NCBI GenBank assembly: GCA_037975865.1
Contig: JBANFU010000127.1
Span: forward strand, 1 to 32,814
Source: Bacteroidota bacterium
Lineage (GTDB): Bacteria; Bacteroidota; Bacteroidia; NS11-12g; UBA955
DNA: 32,814 nt
Direction: 5' to 3'
The position numbers were made by a program, and so were the translations under genes. Shown here piece by piece: positions 26,860 to 32,814 of the stretch. Within the stretch, counting starts at the first letter, position 1. Every line of letters starts with the position of its first letter. Under the pieces are notes generated by a model. It was not told the origin of the DNA. It saw only the letters and a list, made by a program, of their open reading frames with translations, and did no database searches.

Positions 26860-27669
26860 TTACGGTTGCTCAGACAGCCATTGGTCCACGGCTTTTCTCA
26901 CCGATCCGGCCGCCAATAACCGCGCTTTGGCTTCTGCTTCCAGCAACCCCGTGGCTTCCATCACCATGTTTGTACCCCTGGCAATCAACTTGTGGTTGGT
27001 GAGTTGCATGTCAATCATTTTGTTGTCCTTCACATGGCCCAACCGAATCATCACGCTGGTAGTAATCATGTTCAACACCATTTTGGTGGCTGTACCCGCC
27101 TTCATGCGCGTGCTGCCGGTGACAAATTCCGGACCTGTTTCCACTTCTACGCACACATCGCACACCGATTTCATTTCACTACCCTTATTACACACTACGC
27201 CCCCCGTGGCAATGCCCAAAGATTGACATTTTCTCAAGGCACCAATCACGTAAGGGGTTCTGCCCGATGCCGCGATGCCAATGACCACGTCTTGGGTATT
27301 CACACCGTACGCTTCCAAATCTCGAAACCCCTGTTCCTCATCGTCTTCGGCAAACTCTACCGCTTTGCGGATGGCTCCGTCGCCTCCGGCGATGATCCCT
27401 ATCACTTTGTCGAACGGAACGCCATACGTGGGCGGACACTCACTGGCATCCACAATACCGAGGCGACCGCTGGTTCCCGCACCCATGTAAAACAACCGTC
27501 CGCCAGCCTGCAACCTAGAAAAAACCAACTCACACAGCGCCGCTATGTGGCTCGCTTCGCTCGCCACCCGCTGGTGACATAAAGCATCCTCCTGGTTGAT
27601 GCCCCGCACCAACGATAAAAAATCCAACGCCTCTAAATTCCTGTGTCCCGAACTCGACTCCGTATGCAT
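26860..27669 (-). CDS. murQ: N-acetylmuramic acid 6-phosphate etherase
   Basis: Motifs GAGTSGRLGIVDASECPPTYG, AEDD, GIAASGRTPYV, GPEFVTGSTRMKAGTA. Start reassigned to the ATG at 27669 (TAATG overlap). Confidence 0.96.
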   Translation of the reverse strand: MHTESSSGHRNLEALDFLSLVRGINQEDALCHQRVASEASHIAALCELVFSRLQAGGRLFYMGAGTSGRLGIVDASECPPTYGVPFDKVIGIIAGGDGAIRKAVEFAEDDEEQGFRDLEAYGVNTQDVVIGIAASGRTPYVIGALRKCQSLGIATGGVVCNKGSEMKSVCDVCVEVETGPEFVTGSTRMKAGTATKMVLNMITTSVMIRLGHVKDNKMIDMQLTNHKLIARGTNMVMEATGLLEAEAKARLLAAGSVRKAVDQWLSEQP

Positions 27670-29234
27670 TACGCAAAAGTATCCTTTTGATAGCGACCGC
27701 CCAAAAATGTCAGCCACTCCTTATACACCCCTTCCGCCATGACGCGAGGAAATTTCGCCTGACCACCCATCTTACCGCGATAATCCATGAAATCCAAAAA
27801 ATCCGATTCCGGCAACCAAAACAACTCCATCCGCTTCAATACATGCTTTCGTTCGGTTGCATAATCATCGTTTAACTCTATTAAAGCCTCATCCAAAATA
27901 CGCTGCGATTCAACCACATCCGGCTTCTCAACCCCCGCAGGATACGCCAAAAACCAGCGATGCCCCATCTCCCCGTTGTCGTGTTTTAACCCCCTCACCG
28001 TAAACTCCGGCACCGAAAATCCCAACGACTTACCCAACGCCAACGTTGCGCGATTCATGTTATCCACCGACAAATGCTCTCCACACAAACTCAAATACTG
28101 CTTGGTTCTCCCCACAATCTTGATTTCACAAGCATCCACATCCGTAAACTGAATCACATCGCCAATCAAATAACGCCATGCACCTGCACAAGTGGTAATT
28201 AATATAGCATAATCCACCCCGGCCTCTACCTCGTCGATGTCCAAGGCCACAGCCCCCGACTTTACATCCCCCGAATCCGTGAAATTGTCTGAATTGAATG
28301 GCACAAACTCGAAATACATTTTGTTTCGAAATACCAATCCCATGCCCGAACTGTTTAGCTTGTTTTGGTTGGCAATGAAACCCTCACTGGCCAAATACGT
28401 CTCAAAATAATAAATGGGACGTCCCAACATCGCATCAATTTGGTCTTTGTAAGGTGTAAGCGATACCGCCCCCCACGTGTAGACACTCAAATGCGGCCAT
28501 ATCTCATGGATATTGTTCAATTGGTAACGCTCTAAAATGCGCTCAAACAACATCTTCACCCATGCCGGCCCTCCCGCAATCATGGCAATGTCCCAATTCG
28601 GGGCCTCGTTTACCATAATCTCCAATTTGTGATGCCAGTCGCGCTCTTTTTTGATTTCGTCTGTGGGTTTGGCAAATCGATCAATCCAAAATGGCAAATG
28701 CAACGTGGTGATACCACTCAAATCCCCAGAGTATTTCTGTCCATCAAAATTCAAATCCGTGCTCCCGCCCATCATCAAATAATGCTTGGTGAAAAAGTCT
28801 TTAGGAACGTCGGTCTTGGCAATGGCAAACAACTGACGTCGGCTCGCCCGAGCCATGGCTTTCAACTGATCCTGGGTCACGGGAATGTACTTGCTCGCCC
28901 CTTGGGTGGTTCCCGAACTCAAGGCAAAATATTTGGCACTGCCCGGCCAAGTCACATTGTCCTCCCCACTGTATTCTCGCTGCCACCAGTCATGCATGGC
29001 CTCATAGTCTGTGATGGGCACCCGCTGCTTAAACTCAGCCACCGTATCTTCAGAAATCAACAATGATTCAAACTGATACCGCTTGCCGTATTCCGTATTT
29101 CGGGCATGAAACAACATTTTTTTCAAGGTGCGATCTTGCCATTTTTTCGCCCGCGCACTTTTCAAAGTGAACACATCGGTCACGTTCTTGGCACGCTCAA
29201 ACAAGGGTCCTAAAAAATTCTTGGGTGATGCCAT
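27669..29234 (-). CDS. GH3 auxin-responsive-family (ANL-type) acyl-adenylating enzyme
   Basis: P-loop SSGTTQGASKYIP, GDLSGI, YLASEGF, WRYLIGD, GRTK, GEHL, GGQAKFPR. Start reassigned to the ATG at 29234. Confidence 0.9.
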   Translation of the reverse strand: MASPKNFLGPLFERAKNVTDVFTLKSARAKKWQDRTLKKMLFHARNTEYGKRYQFESLLISEDTVAEFKQRVPITDYEAMHDWWQREYSGEDNVTWPGSAKYFALSSGTTQGASKYIPVTQDQLKAMARASRRQLFAIAKTDVPKDFFTKHYLMMGGSTDLNFDGQKYSGDLSGITTLHLPFWIDRFAKPTDEIKKERDWHHKLEIMVNEAPNWDIAMIAGGPAWVKMLFERILERYQLNNIHEIWPHLSVYTWGAVSLTPYKDQIDAMLGRPIYYFETYLASEGFIANQNKLNSSGMGLVFRNKMYFEFVPFNSDNFTDSGDVKSGAVALDIDEVEAGVDYAILITTCAGAWRYLIGDVIQFTDVDACEIKIVGRTKQYLSLCGEHLSVDNMNRATLALGKSLGFSVPEFTVRGLKHDNGEMGHRWFLAYPAGVEKPDVVESQRILDEALIELNDDYATERKHVLKRMELFWLPESDFLDFMDYRGKMGGQAKFPRVMAEGVYKEWLTFLGGRYQKDTFA

Positions 29235-29316
29235 AGGGATTTTTCCTGTCACGATGATACAAAAATTACGCCACGCTTGTGCCACCTGCGAATAATTACA
29301 GACCTTTGTGGTTAGA

Positions 29317-29682
29317 ATGGCAGACGGATTAATGCATGAAATCAGGGACAAATGGCTCCAAGTAGTGGCCTTTGTAGAAGAGAATTTTGAGAAAAAACCC
29401 GATCTCAACGCCATCCTGTTCCTCATAGGTGTGAGGGAGTTGGGCGAACTGCGCGACAAACCCTTCACCAAAGAAGAAAAAGTGCACCTGATGCACATCG
29501 CCACCTGCAAAATTTTGAGTTATAGCGGGTATTACAAACACATCGGGTTCGACAAAAATGGTTGGCCCGCTTGGGAAAATGTGTCGCCACTACCCAACCT
29601 CGGTTACCTCGAACAAGAAAGTTTGATGCGACAGCACATTGTTGAATATTTTGAAACAGAAGAAATCATCCAATTCCAATAA
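29317..29682 (+). CDS. Conserved hypothetical protein (Bacteroidota)
   Basis: Motif PDLNAILFLIGVRELG...FTKEEKVHLMHIATCKILSYSGYY...D..GWP.W. Divergent from the GH3 gene. The start could be 29308, 29317 or 29332. Confidence 0.75.
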   Translation: MADGLMHEIRDKWLQVVAFVEENFEKKPDLNAILFLIGVRELGELRDKPFTKEEKVHLMHIATCKILSYSGYYKHIGFDKNGWPAWENVSPLPNLGYLEQESLMRQHIVEYFETEEIIQFQ

Positions 29683-29709
29683 TCAATCCCATAGCGTAAT
29701 ATTGAACCC

Positions 29710-30615
29710 ATGTTGAAAAAAACTCTGAAGTTTCTTCCCGTTGCGATGATCATGGCCGCAGCCCTTGTTCCTTACACGGCCTGCAATACCGAGAACAAAT
29801 CCGCACAAACCGACTCTGCCACCGCTACCCCTGCCGCCCAGTCGGGCGAAGATTTTAGCGATTCTACCGCACCCGCCGATTGGGTTAGGGTTTCCGTTAA
29901 AACCACAGTGGGCGATATGGTGCTGGCGCTCAACCCAGCGCAAAAACAACACACCGAAAACTTCATCAAATTGGTCAACCAAGGATTCTATAACGGCGTG
30001 CTCTTTCACCGGGTGATCAAAGATTTCATGGTGCAAAGCGGCGACCCAAAATCCAAAGGCGCAGCCCCCAACGTTCAATTGGGCGATGGCGGTCCCGGTT
30101 ACACCGTGCCCAATGAAATCAAAAGCGAATACAGGCATTTTAGAGGCGCGCTCTCCGCTGCCCGTCAGAGCGACGAGTTAAACCCGATGAAAAACAGCTC
30201 CGGCTCCCAGTTTTTCATCGTTACCGGAACCCAAGTCTCTGAAGCACAATACAAAATGGCCCTCGAAACCATCGCTTTCGACCTATTCCGTAAAGATCCC
30301 GCCAACGCAGAAATGGTGAGAAATGGCCAAATCATGAGCCAAAGCGGAAACATGGCCGGACTGCGTGCCATCGAATTGCAAGTGAAAGAGAGAATGAACC
30401 CCATCATCGAAAAGTTGTATGCCGAAATTCCCGAAATCGACAAAAAACGATACGCGAACTGGGGCGGTGCACCCAACCTCGATAACAATTACACCGTTTT
30501 CGGAAAATTGGTGTCGGGCTACCACGTGCTCTCAGCCATCGAAAACCAACCCACAAACATGCAAGATCGACCCACCCGCGACATCAGCATCATTGAGGCC
30601 AAAGTGTTGAAATAA
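29710..30615 (+). CDS. Cyclophilin-type peptidyl-prolyl cis-trans isomerase, probable lipoprotein
   Basis: Signal peptide ending YTAC. Motifs FHRVIKDFMVQSGDP, HFRGALSAAR, SGSQFFIV, LDNNYTVFG, with a helical insertion. Confidence 0.93.
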   Translation: MLKKTLKFLPVAMIMAAALVPYTACNTENKSAQTDSATATPAAQSGEDFSDSTAPADWVRVSVKTTVGDMVLALNPAQKQHTENFIKLVNQGFYNGVLFHRVIKDFMVQSGDPKSKGAAPNVQLGDGGPGYTVPNEIKSEYRHFRGALSAARQSDELNPMKNSSGSQFFIVTGTQVSEAQYKMALETIAFDLFRKDPANAEMVRNGQIMSQSGNMAGLRAIELQVKERMNPIIEKLYAEIPEIDKKRYANWGGAPNLDNNYTVFGKLVSGYHVLSAIENQPTNMQDRPTRDISIIEAKVLK

Positions 30616-30647
30616 TTTGGAAATTCGGGGGATAAGTGGTATATTTG
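30616..30647 (+). promoter_or_regulatory. Bacteroidota sigma promoter of the rimP-nusA-infB operon
   Basis: -33 box TTTG (30616-30619), 20-bp spacer, -7 box TATATTTG (30640-30647). Confidence 0.8.
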
Positions 30648-30672
30648 CAACACTTTTCCAATTAACCTTAGG

Positions 30673-30704
30673 AAGGGGACAGGCCAAAAGCAGTCCCCTT
30701 TTTT
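30673..30704 (+). terminator. rimP leader hairpin / premature terminator
   Basis: Stem AAGGGGAC, 12-nt loop, GTCCCCTT, then a T run. Lies between the promoter and the rimP ATG. Confidence 0.75.
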
Positions 30705-30711
30705 GTTGACT

Positions 30712-31182
30712 ATGGCAAACGTAATACAGAAACTCACCGCCCTTGTAGAACAGGAAGCCCCCGCTTTCGGATTGTTCTTGGTAGCCCAAACCACGGGTCC
30801 TGCCAAGTTATTCCAATTCTACATGGACAGCGAAGAACCACTTTCGATGAAGGCCCTTTCCGATTTCACCCGCCACATTTCCCAAAAGATTGATGAGGAG
30901 GATTCGGGGCTGAATGAAGAGGCCTTTACTTTTGAAATTTCATCGCCTGGGGCGGAAAGACCCCTGGTGAATCGGAAACAATACACCAAACACGTGGGTA
31001 GATCGTTCGATTTTATATTGAGCGAACAAACCCTCAGCGGCAAACTCATGGAAATCCGCGAAGACGACACCTTTGTCATCGTAGAAACCGTGAAAGAAAA
31101 AGGAAAAAAATCGGTAGAGGTCACCCATGAAGTGCCCTTCGCCAACATTCAATCTGCAACCATCATAATCAGCTTCAAATAA
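30712..31182 (+). CDS. rimP: Ribosome maturation factor RimP
   Basis: Motif FEISSPGAERPL...QYTKHVGR; directly upstream of nusA. Confidence 0.92.
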   Translation: MANVIQKLTALVEQEAPAFGLFLVAQTTGPAKLFQFYMDSEEPLSMKALSDFTRHISQKIDEEDSGLNEEAFTFEISSPGAERPLVNRKQYTKHVGRSFDFILSEQTLSGKLMEIREDDTFVIVETVKEKGKKSVEVTHEVPFANIQSATIIISFK

Positions 31183-31183
31183 T

Positions 31184-32446
31184 ATGAAAGTCAAGGCAAA
31201 AGATCTCGGCATCAACCTTGTGGAGAGTTTCTCCGAATTTAAGGAGTTCAAGAACATCGACCGCGCCACCATGATGCGCGTACTGGAAGACGTGTTCCGC
31301 AACATTCTGAAAAAGAAGTACGGAAACGATGCCAACTTCGACATCATCATCAACACCGAAACCGGTGACATCGAAATGTATCACCTCCGCCTCATCGTTG
31401 AGGAAGGAGAAGTGGAAGACGCCAACCTGCAAATTGCGCTGTCTGAGGCCCAAACGCTGGAGCCCGACTACGCTGTAGGGGAAGATTGCATTCAACAGGT
31501 GTTTTTGGACGATTTCGGTCGCCGCAGCATCTTGAACGCACGTCAGGCCTTGATGAGTCGCATCATCGAACTGGAAAAAGACGAGTTGTTCAAAAAATAC
31601 AAGGACAAACGCGGTGAAATTATCACCGGCGAAGTATACAACGTGTGGAAACGCGAAATCATGGTTCTGGACGATGAAGGCAATGAATTGTCGCTCCCCA
31701 AAGAACACATGATCCCCCGCGATATGTACAAAAAAGGCGATACCCTGCGCGCCGTCATCCACGAAGTGGAAATGGACAAAGGATCTCCAAAAATTGTGCT
31801 TTCTCGTACCTCACCCGAATTCTTGGAGCGTTTGTTTGAATTGGAAGTTCCCGAAATTTTGGACGGTCTTATCACCATCAAAAAAGTAGTGCGCGAACCC
31901 GGTGAGCGTGCCAAAGTTGCCGTTGAAAGCTACGATGATCGCATCGACCCAGTAGGAGCTTGCGTAGGGGTAAAAGGAGCTCGTATCCATGGTATCGTTC
32001 GTGAATTGCGCAACGAGAATATCGATGTGATCAACTACACCACCAACACCAACTTGTACATCCAACGTTCTTTGCAACCCGCTGCCATCTCTCGCATTGA
32101 GTTGAACGACGACAAAAAAACAGCCGATGTGTTCTTGGATGCCGATCAAGTTTCCTTGGCCATTGGTAAAGGCGGTCACAACATCAAGCTGGCCGGTAAA
32201 TTAACAGGCTATCAGATTGAAGTTTACAGAATGGCCGCAACGACCAACGACGAGGATGATGTGGACTTGGACGAATTCTTGGATGAAATCGATACTTGGA
32301 TTATCGAAGAATTCAAGAAGATCGGTTTGGATTCAGCAAAATCTGTCATCAATACCCCAGTGGAAGATTTGATGCGCAGAACCGAGCTCGAAGAAGAAAC
32401 CATCATCGAAGTTCAAAAGATTCTGAGAACAGAATTCGAAGACTAA
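31184..32446 (+). CDS. nusA: Transcription termination/antitermination factor NusA
   Basis: FGRR, S1 domain, LFELEVPEI, REPGERAKVAV, DPVGACVG, and KH motif AIGKGGHNIKLA. Confidence 0.97.
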   Translation: MKVKAKDLGINLVESFSEFKEFKNIDRATMMRVLEDVFRNILKKKYGNDANFDIIINTETGDIEMYHLRLIVEEGEVEDANLQIALSEAQTLEPDYAVGEDCIQQVFLDDFGRRSILNARQALMSRIIELEKDELFKKYKDKRGEIITGEVYNVWKREIMVLDDEGNELSLPKEHMIPRDMYKKGDTLRAVIHEVEMDKGSPKIVLSRTSPEFLERLFELEVPEILDGLITIKKVVREPGERAKVAVESYDDRIDPVGACVGVKGARIHGIVRELRNENIDVINYTTNTNLYIQRSLQPAAISRIELNDDKKTADVFLDADQVSLAIGKGGHNIKLAGKLTGYQIEVYRMAATTNDEDDVDLDEFLDEIDTWIIEEFKKIGLDSAKSVINTPVEDLMRRTELEEETIIEVQKILRTEFED

Positions 32447-32455
32447 TCAATCTCG

Positions 32456-32490
32456 CTAAGCCCCACAGCCCCCAAGGATGTGGGGCTTAG
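32456..32490. repeat. 12-bp perfect inverted repeat between nusA and infB
   Basis: CTAAGCCCCACA, 11-nt loop, TGTGGGGCTTAG. No U tract on either side. Confidence 0.8.
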
Positions 32491-32555
32491 ACGATAACCG
32501 CTTCATTTCACCCCGTAGAATTGAGGTAAACCTTGGGAATTATTGACAATAGAAC

Positions 32556-32563
32556 TAATTTTG
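32556..32563 (+). promoter_or_regulatory. Possible internal -7 box for infB
   Basis: TAATTTTG lies 9 nt upstream of the infB ATG. Confidence 0.45.
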
Positions 32564-32572
32564 AAAGAAAAT

Positions 32573-32814
32573 ATGGCGGAATACCGTTTAGCAAAAGTAG
32601 CCACCGAGTTGAATCGAAGCTTCCAAGTACTTGCCGATGTGCTCAATCAGCGAGGCTTCGATGTAATGCCCAAACCCACAACGAAAATTACCGAAGACAT
32701 GTATCAAGCATTGCTTCGCGAATTTTCAGCGGATAAGGCCGCCAAAGACGAGGCGAAGCTGTTGAAAACCAACCGCGATAATAAGCCCACGCCGCCGCCA
32801 GCACCCGCTCCGGC
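32573..32814 (+). CDS. infB: Translation initiation factor IF-2 (N-terminal part; runs off the window; absent from the ORF track)
   Basis: Own translation: MAEYRLAKVATELNRSFQVLADVLNQRGFDVMPKPTTKITEDMYQALLREFSADKAAKDEAK..., an IF2 N-domain pattern. Canonical position after nusA. Confidence 0.9.
   Translation, partial: MAEYRLAKVATELNRSFQVLADVLNQRGFDVMPKPTTKITEDMYQALLREFSADKAAKDEAKLLKTNRDNKPTPPPAPAP

Noticed and set aside
30230-30460. Insertion in the cyclophilin as an intein or mobile element
   Set aside because: There are no intein terminal motifs, and helical insertions at this position are common in Bacteroidota cyclophilins.

Overview
This is a gene-dense chromosomal window from a Bacteroidota bacterium. 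The assignment is inferred from T9SS C-terminal domains, TAnnTTTG promoter boxes and Bacteroidota-type gene families. Housekeeping genes are sucA (5'-truncated), rlmD, nadC, rluD, thyA, pdhC, asd, murQ, a cyclophilin, and rimP-nusA-infB (infB 3'-truncated). The most notable feature is a divergent locus at about 7.7-15.4 kb that looks like a SusD-free extracellular nucleic-acid utilisation system. The minus strand carries a T9SS-secreted stand-alone lamin-tail-domain protein, a TonB-dependent receptor and a T9SS-secreted multidomain endonuclease I. The plus strand carries a split 5'-nucleotidase made of a lipoprotein substrate-binding half and a Tat-like catalytic half. Also present are a frameshifted vWA gene paired with a ChlI/MoxR-like AAA+ gene, preceded by an apparent T9SS type-B CTD remnant, a second TBDR with a DUF4249 lipoprotein, a rimP leader terminator, and several probably leaderless promoters. 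No rRNA, tRNA, CRISPR array or transposase was seen. All calls come from motif recognition by eye; no searches were run.
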